Both the position numbers and the translations under genes were made by a program. DNA of 64,000 nt from Eledone cirrhosa. Its lineage: Eukaryota. Under the pieces are notes generated by a model. That model was not told the DNA's origin. It saw only the letters and a list, made by a program, of their open reading frames with translations, and searched no databases. This document shows, one piece after another, positions 39,201 through 50,259 of this stretch (positions within the stretch are counted from its first letter, which is position 1; the number at the start of each line of letters is the position of its first letter). Location: contig CAXHJY010000102.1 of NCBI GenBank assembly GCA_964016885.1, positions 1 through 64,000 of the forward strand, in the 5' to 3' direction.

Positions 39201-42071
39201 GCACTGGCAGAATTTGAAATTTGAAAATGTACAGGAAAAATACAGAAAACAACTAAGTCAACTACTATAAATAATAGTTGTAAAAAATTTAGATTATTGA
39301 TGTTTATATCACAAACATTTTCTCTACCTTTTCCACTGCAAAAATCTTTTTAAGAATTACAAAAGTCATTGAAATTCTTGTAAAAAGTTACTTCATGCTA
39401 TTCAATTGAGCTTCAAGAATCTTCTGGCTCCAGAGAATAAAGGTGTCAAAATGCTTTTATCAAGCTGCGGGTTTTATACTGCAATCTACAAATCTATATT
39501 TTTTAATATTCCACATAGAGATGTTTTTTGTTGTTGATGTTTAACACAGGTCAGATCTACTCAAATAGACTTGTGACCATAACATTTTTGTTTATTTTTC
39601 ACACAGTGTATCTAGGACTCCATTACCCAAATAGGGTGGGATTTAAGGGACATTTAACTGCTATTTTTAGAAAGTAGAGTGACCAGGTAGACTTGTTAGC
39701 TTGTATTGATATTAGTCAATTTCAGGAGTAATGGGGAAACTCATAATTATGTTTTCAAATTGTAATATGATATTTTCCATTTGAACATTAGGCTTTCTCA
39801 TGCATAGTATCAATATTACCATTACAAAATCCAGAGATATTCGTGCTTGGCTCATATAAATATCATACAATACTTCATATAACTGAGAAAGAAAATATCA
39901 TATCCAACTGTAATTCTTTGATATAGTAGTTTAATGAAAAGGAATAGCTATCAGAACATCTGTGTATTGAAAACAAATAGTCACTAAGCACTACTTAATC
40001 CTTTAGCATTTACATTACTCTATATTTACTATTGTATATACTCATGGTAAAGGCTTTATCTCACATAATATCAAGTCTACAAAAATTTGCTGATAATGTT
40101 GTTTATTTTAAGAACATCTTAACGTTGGTGTGATCTGCCGGTTACGGCCGGTTTCAAAAAAGGAAAAGAATTCTGGCCAGATACAGCCAGTTTAACCCTT
40201 TAGCATTTAAACCGGCCATATCCGGCCAGAATTCTCTCACCTCTTTCTGTTCAAAGTGGCCATAACTAGCTACTCATACTGATGTTGAGATATTGTTATC
40301 AAAATAAATAATATAAAAATTTCGTAGATTTGATATTATGTGAGATAGTTATGTGAGGGAGCCTTTACCGTGAAAATATAATAGTACATATAAAGTAATG
40401 TAAAATGCTAAAGGGTTAAATGCTAATGGGTTAAATATGAATTCCATTTATCCTTAGTTTGAAAAAAGTGAAATGATCAACATAGAGACTAGTGAAATCC
40501 TATGTATAATCATTCTTCTATAACATCATTAAGCAGATCTCAGAAGAAAGATGACTGAATTATCTATCCAACAGCTCAGTCATTACATATATAGGCTTTG
40601 CAACATCAATTGCAGTATGAATATCCATGTAAACAGATGACATACTACAAACATTGATGAAGCTGACAAAACCATGTAAATCTAGCACAATAATCAAAAT
40701 CATAGCAAAAAGAGTTGAAACATGTATTTGAGATAAGCAAGAGTCAGTAAGGTACTTTCCCTTATTCTGTTCAATTATACAACTGATAAGGTGTTGAACA
40801 CCATGGTTCATTTGCTTTGAAATACAATAATTAAAGATCTTAACTGTGATGATGATGTTCTGTTGAACCATTCCAATGTATTGGATAAGAGCATGGATAC
40901 TTTATAGAATGTATATGTATGTATGGTCTAGTAACTCCTGATAGAGTCGTAGGGGTGCTATATTGACATACAGTGTTTCTTAGGCATTTTAAAGCCTGGT
41001 AGAGCCCATCCCTCTCCAGGCCTGGGTACAGCAGATTTCTTCCAGAGAAAGATAGAAAGTGAGAGCGAGGAAATGAGAAAAAGATATAGAGGAAGAATCG
41101 ACCCCAGTTGTTGACTTTGGCAGGATTTGAACTCAGAGAGTAGAGAGCCAGAACAAATACCATAAAGCATTCTATCTGACAATCTAACGACTCTGCCAAT
41201 TCGTTACCTATCTTTATAGTACCTTGGCATAAAAGTCAATGCAGTCAAGACCAAAGTGCGGTGTGTTAGCTTTACAGGAAAAACAAAACTACATCCTTCT
41301 AGGCAATAACATTCAGTAAGTTTCTTACTTTGGCTCTTCCTTCCTACCAGCCAAAGAATAAAGTTAAGAGGAATATAAACCCAGCTTTGTGGAATTGAAG
41401 CTTAACACATAGCTGTGAAAGGAGATTAAAATACCATGCAAATTTAATTATGTAAACCAGTGTTTCAAGCAGTGGAATCTGTGGATCCACCATCATTCAA
41501 TACTACATCTTTGCTCTACTGACCAACTGGATGCCTAATATCCAAGAACTGTAAAGGCGCTATCATTTCTACTCAGAACACACTACCTTCACTTGTTTCA
41601 TAATATATGTTGACTTCCATTAGAAGTCTTCAGCACACTAACATTCTTCCGATTCTTTTTGGGATGGCAGCTCTGTTGCAACAGTTAACTAAACTTTAGG
41701 TGACTGCAGACTGTCAGGCAAATTTCACTGGGCCTAATATCTAGAGTCACTGGAATGTAGGCTTAGCTTCAAATCAGGCCTGATCTGGATAGTGAAAAAT
41801 GTTAATGGGTGAGACAGTTTTAACTGAAGGATGTGGCTTCACCTGAAAAGTAAATATTAATGCAAAGACAAGTACGAGTGATGTATGATATAGAAAACAT
41901 TATCAAATTCCAAAATACTTACATTAAATCTGGTCGAAAACGATGAATGAGAGCACAGAATGCAAGTCCATCTCTCCATGATGTTGTCATGTTTGTGATT
42001 TTAACATCATGATAGCCTTCACATCTGTTCTTACACCATTGCTGTAACGCACGTAGCTTAGCCTGAGCCAT
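11565..42071 (-). CDS. MICALL2: MICAL-like protein (MICALL1/MICALL2 family; CH + LIM-like + bMERB), multi-exon, 3' part incomplete in window
   Basis: Six exons join in frame (149+49+139+131+2352+106 nt) with canonical GT/AG sites. The N-terminus [107 protein letters not shown] is a type-2 CH domain closely resembling vertebrate MICALL2 (recalled). No monooxygenase domain precedes it. An invertebrate gene would be co-orthologous to MICALL1/2. Confidence 0.9.
12250..12438 (+). mobile_element. SINE of a second family (central domain actttgcctttcatccttacggggtcgataaaataaagtacc)
   Basis: Pol III-like boxes (tggcagtatcgg; gagttcaaatc), TSD attaatctca. Further copies at about 1470-1663(-), 23458-23620(-), 58090-58199(+) and 63064-63176(+, TSD tattacattatagg). 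Confidence 0.85.
12706..13040 (+). mobile_element. SINE of the second family with long alternative tail
   Basis: Same head and central domain, then ctagtactgggttgattcttc...cagaaaatatgggac; related copies at about 40915-41210(-) and 61288-61530(+). Confidence 0.78.
18401..18727. mobile_element. hAT (Charlie-like) MITE
   Basis: TIRs cagaggttctcaaa / tttgagaacatctg; partially matching 8-bp flanks tgttaaac / ggttaagt. Confidence 0.7.
20780..21290 (-). mobile_element. Decayed RTE LINE, AP-endonuclease region
   Basis: [34 protein letters not shown] (NVG...L.....D..C.QE endonuclease domains I-II). Confidence 0.7.
21940..22503. mobile_element. Older TTAA-flanked MITE (ccctttgatacc family) interrupted by a SINE
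   Basis: ttaa|cccctttgatac ... atgaaaggg|ttaa; related decayed copies near 17597-18081, 23335-23450, 25375-25625 and 32522-32715. Confidence 0.6.
22081..22385 (+). mobile_element. tRNA-derived SINE with third tail type
   Basis: gaaggcgcatgatgtagtggttagg...gaattcgatt head and gagcaagacacttt body; related inverted copy at about 36720-37010. Confidence 0.7.
24257..24416. repeat. 28-bp purine-rich minisatellite (~5.7 units)
   Basis: ggaggagagagacagaaagggagtgatg tandem units. Confidence 0.9.
26570..28921 (-). CDS. MICALL2: MICAL-like coding exon 5 (2352 nt; first LIM zinc finger plus long Ser/Lys/Pro-rich region)
   Basis: Acceptor tttcttattcag, open for 784 codons, [29 protein letters not shown]-type finger, donor AAG|GTATAT at 26569. 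Confidence 0.9.
27317..27652 (-). repeat. Coding minisatellite: 14 x 24 bp encoding (E/K/V)(P/Q)LAPSP(K/N)
   Basis: Visible tandem array ggagctaatggttcttttggggat within exon 5. Confidence 0.97.
30316..30446 (-). CDS. MICALL2: MICAL-like coding exon 4 (linker)
   Basis: Acceptor ttttattttactag, phase 1 in and phase 0 out, (M)GGPDIQKCK...KAEERKK, donor AAG|GTACAG. Exactly bridges the phases of exons 3 and 5. Confidence 0.82.
30772..31002. mobile_element. TTAA-flanked MITE (second piggyBac-like family)
   Basis: TTAA|cctcttcagtgcc ... ggcagtcaacagg|TTAA imperfect TIRs. Confidence 0.6.
31297..32100 (+). mobile_element. CRE-like non-LTR retrotransposon 3' part (zinc knuckle + restriction-like endonuclease)
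   Basis: Across frameshifts: [12 protein letters not shown]; [22 protein letters not shown]...RHAAINEVI; [14 protein letters not shown]...LIWDAT; KFSKY; [11 protein letters not shown]; [14 protein letters not shown]. Noticeably GC-richer than its flanks. Decayed tail copies at about 14711-14820(+) and 29780-29945(-). Confidence 0.8.
33080..33244. mobile_element. piggyBac-type MITE (CCCTTTAGCATT family)
   Basis: TIRs and TTAA target duplication; internally deleted copy. Confidence 0.85.
33779..33917 (-). CDS. MICALL2: MICAL-like coding exon 3 (CH domain C-half)
   Basis: Acceptor ttcataaag, [46 protein letters not shown] ([12 protein letters not shown] motif), donor GTGAGT at 33778, ends in phase 1. 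Confidence 0.93.
34164..34365. repeat. 48-bp tandem repeat (~4 units) within an RTE-type 3'UTR copy
   Basis: ccactttacagtgtggactgggtgctttttgtcgtgacacctacacaa units. Confidence 0.88.
35087..35220. repeat. Compound (GT)n/(GGGTGT)n/(GC)n/(TA)n microsatellite
   Basis: Directly visible; similar (GT)n(GCGT)n tracts at 51549-51680 and 55340-55403. Confidence 0.95.
35845..36158 (-). mobile_element. RTE LINE 3' fragment
   Basis: [14 protein letters not shown]...[11 protein letters not shown]...[11 protein letters not shown] followed by a (GAT)n tail. Confidence 0.75.
37067..37115 (-). CDS. MICALL2: MICAL-like coding exon 2 (49 nt, CH domain)
   Basis: Acceptor tttctttttcctctag, phase 2, encodes (I)[16 protein letters not shown], donor GTAAGT at 37066. 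Too short for the ORF track. Confidence 0.92.
39999..40430. mobile_element. piggyBac-type MITE containing a second copy of itself (40196-40415) in opposite orientation
   Basis: TTAA|(C/T)CCTTTAGCATT...AATGCTAA(A/T)GGG|TTAA ends for both elements; the inner one is flanked by TTAA at 40192-40195 and 40416-40419. Confidence 0.9.
41923..42071 (-). CDS. MICALL2: MICAL-like coding exon 1 (start codon; CH domain N-half)
   Basis: ATG at 42071, [13 protein letters not shown]...[18 protein letters not shown], donor AT|GTAAGT at 41922. An upstream acceptor tttcatttatag at 42146-42145 implies a 5'UTR portion 42144-42072 and a further upstream non-coding exon. Confidence 0.93.
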
Positions 42072-44765
42072 CGTTCCTATTTATATCAACACATTTAGTA
42101 ATTCAGCTTCTGATCATAACTTTTTCTTGTTAACAGAATATTTCCTATAAATGAAAAAAAGAACATGTATTAAATGCCAACACTTGTTATTCAATCAACA
42201 TGGTACAATGAATAGGTGATAGATGATAGAATGAAGCAAGTATGAAATTGAAACTTAACAGGAATATAATCAGTAAGAGAGACCTAATGATGTATTGTAT
42301 ATCCCAACATCAATATTTTAACAATTCTTTCATGTTTGCACCAGTGTTTTGCTCGGTTCCTTAAGGAAAGTCTACATCACTTTAATCATCCCATATCTTT
42401 CTAGGTATCTTTCTTCTACATCTATTTCAAGTGCCTAGCACTTTATATAACTGACATCCTCCATACACATCTAAGGCCCATGTCTTTACACATAAGCATT
42501 ATACAACCTGCCCTTTACTGAGGGAGAATACTCTTTGTTAGCAACAGAGATAATAGCTCCCAGAATTTTTTTCCTCCCATTCTTACTCTGGTTACTATGT
42601 TTTAGGAATACTCACATCTGCTGCTAATTAGTTCACAAAAGTAACAACAAAAGTTAATACTTAATTCTAAAGGGTACTCACTATTGTCTGTTCAGTTAAG
42701 CCAGTGGCTCACAGGGCAAATAGAGGAGAGAGTGCAATGACAGAAAAAGAATTATGGTGAGTGGGCTAAGTGAGTGAAAGTATGAATAGAGGAAAAAGAG
42801 GGGGAGAGTTATTGGTGTGAGGAGAGGCAAAGGTAGGAATAATGGGACAATAATATGTATGTGTGTGTATATATACATATATGATAGAGAGAGAGAGTGA
42901 GAGAGAAAGTGTGCGAGAGAGAAAGAGAAAGAGTGTGCGAGAGAGAGAGAAAGAGAAAGAGTGTGCGAGAGAGAGAGTCCCAGGTTTAATTGGTGGTAAC
43001 CACAGTTAATAAGGTACTCTATACATTAGTAGAGTGTAAACATCAAGTTTAATATAGAAATGGCTTCTACGGGAGTAGGGACAATGTATGTTTGAGAAGA
43101 CTCTTTAATCGTACATAACCTCTCTAATACCGGAGCCACAATAAAATGCACCCAGTACACTCTGTAAAGTGGTTGGAGTTAGGAAGGGCATCTAGCTGCA
43201 GAAAGCTAAAACTGGAATGTACAAGCACGACCCGGTCCCTGACCTTTCTAGGGGAGCAGTAACTCAAAATAAGAATTAACCTGGACCATGATGTGCATTT
43301 TATCATGACACAACTAAAAAGGTTTCACAACCCTTTGTTTCACAAACGTTCTACAGCTGGATACCCATTCCTAATACCAACCACTTTACAGAATGTACTT
43401 ACTGTGGTGCCAGCACTAGAGAGGTTATCATGTCTGTGACATGACTGAAGAGCCTTTTTTGGCCCTTTTGGGATGGTTTGTATGGCTGGTGGTCTTTCCT
43501 AATACAAACCACTTAACATACAAATGCATATATATATACAAGTCATCAGAAATAAATTCAACAAAATACTCTCAGGCCACAAGGGAATTTGGTTGAAATT
43601 TTATTTTTAAAATATAGAAAAATGTACAAATTTAAAATGTCAGAAATATTCCATGAGCCAATAAAGTCATTAGGGGTGGGAGATAGGTATGAAGTTTTAG
43701 GTGTTTGTGGGGATGGGTAAGGTTGGCTGATTAATGTGTGGGGGGTGTAGTAGTGAGGGATGTGGTCAATATGGTGGAGGCATAAGTGATAGGTAAGGGG
43801 TAAAGGGTAGGGCTAGCTGGGTAGTGTATGGAGAAGGAGGTATAGTGGGGTGAGAGATGTGCTTGATAGAGATGTGAGGGGGTAAAGGGTAGTACACATT
43901 TAAAATGTGAGAAATATTCCATGAGCCAATAAATTTAGTTTATGGAATATTAGCCACATTCTCTCTGTCCTCTCATTACAAAGCACTGTTAAGAAGAACA
44001 GAAAATATTTTTCCATTTCTTCCTTTTTTCCCTATGTTCTTTTCATTTTACCCTGTACGTTTCCTATAAGGGATTATTGTATCAGGAATCTTCAAAAGTG
44101 TTCCTACTTTTCTTAAACATTTCAAATAGATTGCTCTCAACATTCTCCAAAAGTCTAGTGAAGAGAATGCACTGGAATCTTATTTCTTCGATAATAGAAC
44201 TATATGTACCCCAGACAAACAACTATATAGCTTTATTGTTCATCAGACATATTTCTTCACACAGAGCCCCATTAGCAAAGCATTATAACAAATGCTTTCT
44301 CAGTGACCACCTCATAGAGGTGTGGTTTTAGTGGAATGTGGGGCTACCACCAAGTATTGAAAATTCTTTGGACTGGTTGTTCCAAAATGGTCAGCAATAA
44401 ATTTATTGAGCTGGAAGATATGGCTAAAGATAGAGGAGGGAAGGAAAGGACCACCAAACAAAATGGTTTTAGGACAATAAACTGTCTCTTGTGGAATAAA
44501 CTTTTGAAGGATTTTGAGTGCAACTGATTTAAAATGCTAAGAAAAGTAAGATTTGTTCTCACATGAACATCTTTGTGTTTGAGTGTGTGTATGTGTATGT
44601 GTGTGTATGTATGGTTGGCGTTATGAAGGGCATCCAGCCATAGAAATCTAGCCAGAAACAGTCCAATATGAGCAAGACACATTCACCTGACCCAACTTGC
44701 TCTTAATGGGACAAACCCATCTAACCCATGTTAGCGTGGAAAATAAACATTAAACGATGATGATG

Positions 44766-44803
<38 letters not shown>

Positions 44804-44907
44804 CAAATAAAGATTCCTTCTGATGATAAATGTCAGATGTTTCTGTTAGAATCGTCTAACTTCGTGAAACCTTGGGTAATGGAATAATTATATTGTGTTT
44901 ATTACAT

Positions 44908-44957
<50 letters not shown>

Positions 44958-45725
44958 TTATTTATTTCAGAAAGCCAGTACAATGCAGCAGAAATATATA
45001 AAGGGAAAAGGATGATAAAATAAAAAGTAATGTTTTACCCAGTATTTTCAACCTGAAACATCATGTTGAAATATACTGGGTAAAACATTACTTTCTTTTG
45101 TTTTATTTGTCATCTGTTGCCCTATATATATGTCAATGACTGTACGGACTTTCTGAAACTTATCAGTCATATATTACATGTCTCACAATGCTTCGTATTA
45201 ACTATACTACTTTACTGAAGACCTTGGAGTTCTGTGTCTTTGTTTGTCTCTTTTTTTGCCATTGTTTTTCATTTAGAAAAATTATTTATTTAATGGTTTC
45301 CCCTTTAAAACAATTTTTTTTTTTTCATTTTGCCTTGTTTTCCATTGTAAATTATCTTAATTTCATTATTACTAATCTGTGACAAACATGTTCATTCTTC
45401 TCCCTAAGAAACGTCAATGGATTACACTTTTTAACACGATTTCTTACTTTTCTTGCCTTTTTTTCCCTTATTCTTCTTTTTTACTTCCGGATGGACAAAC
45501 GACAACAACAACAAAAAATCAGTTGTATCCCTTACTTTAGCAAGGACAGAAGTGACCCAAACTAATGTGGTCTAGAATCAGTATGCAGGAGTTTTAACGA
45601 AAAAACAATTTAACCTAATAAATGTTTTGATAATCCGAAATGGAGAAAGCAGGCTTTGCTAACATCAATTTTTGTACATGTTATAAAGATCATTTATATA
45701 TATATATAATATATTTCATTTATAT

Positions 45726-46713
45726 ATCATCATCATCAACGTTTAACGTCCGTGTTCCACGCTTGCATGGGTTTGGACGGGGGTAGTCCCACTTGAGGCA
45801 AGAGTGATTGTCTTGCTCGCATAGGACTGTCTGGCAGGTTTTCTACAGTTGGATGCCCTTCCTAACACCAACCACATTTACAGTGTGGGTCTGGGAGGTT
45901 TTTACCGTGTTGCCTACACGGCCACATTTCAGCGTGGACTGTGTTTTTTTGTCGTGACACCTACACGATCTCATTTGTTTCGGCCTGGATGGTGTGGCAC
46001 CAACATAACTTTACATAGAACGGGGTGGTGTGGATGGGGTGTGGGGGGGGGGGGGGGTATTTTGTTAGAGATGCCTACTGGCTGTAGTAGGTTTTACTAT
46101 GTATTCAGGTAAGGCGGGTCTTCTCTATTACTGAGTACCGCCAAAGGTCTCGGTCCAGTGACATTGTCTTGGAGAGGTGTAAGTGTGTGAGGTCGGAGTT
46201 TATCAGCTCGTCCCAGGTTTTTCTAGGTCTGCCTATTCCGTGGCTACCGTCTATCTTTATTGCCCTGCACTTTGTTATACAGCTATCGACTTTCATGCGC
46301 ATCACGTGTCCATACCAACGTAGCCTTCTCTCGAGTAAACAACATCTGATCCCTCTTATTTCTAATTTTTTCCTTAGTTCGTTTATGCTTTGCCGTTCAC
46401 GTATATTACTGTTACACATCCAGCGGAGCATCAAGCTTCGTTCCTCTCTAGTCTGCGTATATCCTCTGCACACAATGCCCAGGTCTCACTGCCATGCAAC
46501 ATTGCTGTTCGTATGCAGGCATCATACAACCTGCCTTTCATTTTTAAAGAGAACCCTTTAGCGGCTAATAGTGGTATAAGCTCTCTGAACTTTTTCCAAC
46601 CAGTTCTGACTCTAGCTACTGTACTTTCAGAGCACCCTCCCCCACTGCTGATTTTATCACCCAGGTAACGGAAGCTGCCCACTATTTCTATAGAACCCTC
46701 TGCGCAATTGAAA
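45726..46713 (-). mobile_element. RTE-clade LINE, ~1-kb 5'-truncated copy of the same family
   Basis: Near-identical to 47411-48350. Retains the C-terminus WRYSVIEKTRLT* (46081-46146) that is deleted from the longer copy. Confidence 0.95.
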
Positions 46714-46841
46714 TATATATATACCAGGTGCATGCTTCAAACCCCTTTTTTTTTTATCATTTCCTTATTTTCCTTATATAATGTAATCTGTATAGAATGT
46801 TTTCTAACGGCCACACTTTTCTTCACTATATATAAATATAT

Positions 46842-47172
46842 ATCATCATTTTACGTCCGCTTTTTCCCTGCTTGCAAGGGTGGGATGGGAACTGATTCTG
46901 GCTTGATTTCTACAGCTGGATGCCCTTCCTAACATCAACCTCATTTACAGCGAGTGCTGGGTGCTTTTTTGCCGTGGCACCTCCACGACCACTTTACAGT
47001 GGAATTATATGGACCTTAGTCTCTATCATCTCATTTCTACAGCTGAGTAAACTGGAGCAATGTGAAATAAAGTGTCTTGCTCAAGGAAACAACACATCAC
47101 CCGGTCTGAGAATTGAACTCACAACCTTTCGATTGCAAGGCCAATGCTCTAACCACTAAGCCAAGTGCCTCC
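46842..47172 (-). mobile_element. tRNA-derived SINE (same family as 10351)
   Basis: Reverse complement of the 10351 element, with an additional head segment. Confidence 0.88.
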
Positions 47173-47410
47173 ATATATGTGTGTGTGCGTGGATAGAGAG
47201 CCGATTTACCACATTCTATTGCAAAGTATTGGAAATTGAATTTTCCAATAAATCCCATCAGACCTATGTAATAAATGTTAGGCCTTTAAAAGAGAAGTTG
47301 TTGTTCATGTGACTTATATATATATATATATATATATATCATCATCATCATCATCACCGTTTTACGTCCGTTCTTCCATGCTAGCATGGGTTATATATAT
47401 ATATATATCT

Positions 47411-47443
<33 letters not shown>

Positions 47444-50072
47444 GTTTAACGTCCGTGTTCCACGCTTGCATGGGTTTGGACGGGAGTTTTCCCACTTGAG
47501 GCAAGAGTGATTGTCTTGCTCGCATAGGACTGTCTGGCGGGTTTTCTACAGCTGGATGCCCTTCCTAACACCAACCACATTTACAGTGTGGCGCTGGGAG
47601 GTTTTTACCGTGTTGCCTACACGGCCACATTACAGCGTGGACTGTGTTTTTTTGTCGTGACACCTACACGATCTCATTTGTTTCGGCCTGGATGTTGTGG
47701 CACCAACATAACTTTACATTGAAAGGGGGCGGTGTGGATGGGGGGGGGGGTGTATTTTGTTAGAGATGCCTACTGACTGTAGGTCTCGGTCCAGTGACAT
47801 TGTCTTGGAGAGGTGTAAGCGTGTGAGGTTGGAATTTATCAGCTCGTCCCAGGTTTTTCTGGGTCTGCCTACTCCGTGGCTACTGTCTATCTTTATTGCC
47901 CTGCACTTTGTTATACAGCTATCGACTTTCATGCGCATCACGTGTCCATACCAACGTAGCCTTCTCTCGAGTAAACAACATCTGATCCCTCTTATTTCTA
48001 ACTTTTTCCTTAGTTCGTTTATGCTTTGCCGTTCACATATATTACTATTACACATCCAGCGGAGCATGCAAGCTTCGTTCCTCTCTAGTCTGCGTATATC
48101 CTCTGCACACAATGCCCAGGTCTCACTGCCATGCAACATTGCTGTTCGTATGCAGGCATCATACAACCTGCCTTTCATTTTTAGGGAGAACCCTTTAGCG
48201 GCTAATAGTGGTATAAGCTCTCTGAACTTTTTCCATCCAGTTCTGACTCTAGCTACTGTACTTTCAGAGCACCCTCCCCCACTGCTGATTTTGTCACCCA
48301 GGTAACGGAAGCTGTCCACTATTTCTATAGAACCCTCTGCGCAATTGAAAGAGCTAGTATTTTGTGGGCACTTGCTGCTACTTATTGCACCAGAGCACCG
48401 GCCACATGTAAAATCTATGTTCTTAATTAGCTTACCTGTGATCCCACTACATCTTTTATGCACCCATACTTTGCATTTGGGACATAAAATGGAGTTTCTA
48501 CCTACGCCTTTCCTACACACTGAGCATGGCCATTTCCCGGAAGGGACCGGCACCTTATTTTCTTTCCTACAAACTAGAACTTTAGTCTTAGCCAGGTTAA
48601 TTTTAAGGCCTTTTGATTCTAGGCCGTGCTTCCATGTTTGGAATTTCTTCTCTAGCTCAGCCACTGATTCAGCTATGAGCGTTAGATCATCTGCGTATAG
48701 GAGTTCCCATGGGCAGCTGGTCTTGAACTCCACTGTTATAGCCTGAAGGGCAATAATAAATAGTAGGGGGCTAAGAAGAGCCCTGATGTACACCAACTTT
48801 TACACTAAACTCTTCACTATATTCCTTGTTAATTCTAACCTTGCTGACTGTTTCTTTATACATGGCTTGTATAGCTCTCACAAGCCATTCGTCAACACCT
48901 AGTTTTCTAAGAGCCCACCAAATAATGGAACGGGGGACTCTGTCGAAGGCTTTCTCCAAGTAAACAAAAGCTAAGTATAGGGGTTTACTTTTAGCTAGGT
49001 ACTTCTCCTGTAGTTGTCGTACAATGAAAAGAGAGTCTGTGGTACTTTTGCCTGACACAAAACCGAACTGCATTTCATCTAGATCAATTCTCTCTCTGAT
49101 TAGTTGCGCTATTACTTTTTCTGTGACCTTCATGACCTGGTCGATTAATTTAATGCCTCTATAGTTACTCCTATCTAGGGCATCTCCTTTACCCTTGTAA
49201 CAGTTAATGATGATGCTGCTACGCCAGTCCTTCGGAACAACCCCATTCTGTATGACTTGGTTTACTATCCGGGTGACCATGGTGTGTCCCACCATTCCAG
49301 GGACTTTCAGCATCTCAGCAACTATTTCCGAAGGCCCAGCCGCCTTACCCATCTTCATATCTTTGATTGCCTTACTTATTATACTACCTTCAACTAACAC
49401 TGCTGGACCCTCTATTGGATCGATCTGGGGGGAGACTATCCTTCTCCCATTTATTCTCCTCATTTAGTAGCCTCTCGTAGTGACACTTCCAAGCAACCTT
49501 CTTATCAGCGTCAGTGATGGCAAGTACGCCATCATCATTTAGTACACACTTCTCCCCAACAATATCACGGTTTTCCTTGACACATTGCCTAGCAATCCTG
49601 AACACCTCACGTTTTTGGTCCTCGTGTTGTAGAACATGCTTGAACTTTCTTTCCTCTGCTTCCCTTCTTGCGAAGTACACTTGTCTCCTAGCTTCCCTCC
49701 TGGCCACTTGATAGTCTTCTCTACTTCCCCCATCCCGCCATACTTTCCAGCCTTAATTGACTCCTCCACCTTACTGTTCCACCACCATGTTACTCTCCTC
49801 CTACCTACAGGCCTGCTCCAGCCACAGACTTCGTCTGCCGCCGTCAGCAGGTTTGCTTTCAGGAATTCCCACTGTTCCTCTATATTATACGACTAATTGC
49901 TCTTCCTTACTGTCGAAAGCATCAAGTAACATGCTTTGAAATTTATTTCTGGCTGTGGGGTCCTTTAGATTCCATATTTTTCTCCTGAGGATAGTCCTCT
50001 TCTGTTGTCTAGTACGTCTCGTCCTGACTATGAGGTCGCTAATTAGCAGTCTATGTTGGGAGGTGCATTCTT
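47411..50072 (-). mobile_element. RTE-clade LINE, 5'-truncated, frameshifted, with (GAT)n tail
   Basis: RT motifs YKGKGD..NYRGIKL, QFGF, AFVYLEKAFDRVP, GVHQGS, LLYADDL and RRLRWYGHV are split over ORFs 47714-48796, 48771-49463 and 49390-49707; internal Cys/His finger; 3'UTR ends in ggacgttaaac(gat)n. Confidence 0.95.
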
Positions 50073-50165
50073 CATATATATATATAAATGAAAAGTATAG
50101 AAATTATTGTAGCAAGAAGCCAACAGTATTCCATAATATATAATATATATATATATATATGGAGG

Positions 50166-50196
<31 letters not shown>

Positions 50197-50259
50197 TATG
50201 GAATACTGTTGGCTTCTTGCTACAATAATTTCTATACTTTTCATTTATATATATATATG
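50073..50259. repeat. Inverted repeat (~68-bp arms) at the 5' truncation point of the RTE LINE
   Basis: aaatgaaaagtatagaaattattgtagcaagaagccaacagtattccataat and its reverse complement, around a (TA)n/ggaggcacac spacer. Confidence 0.93.
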
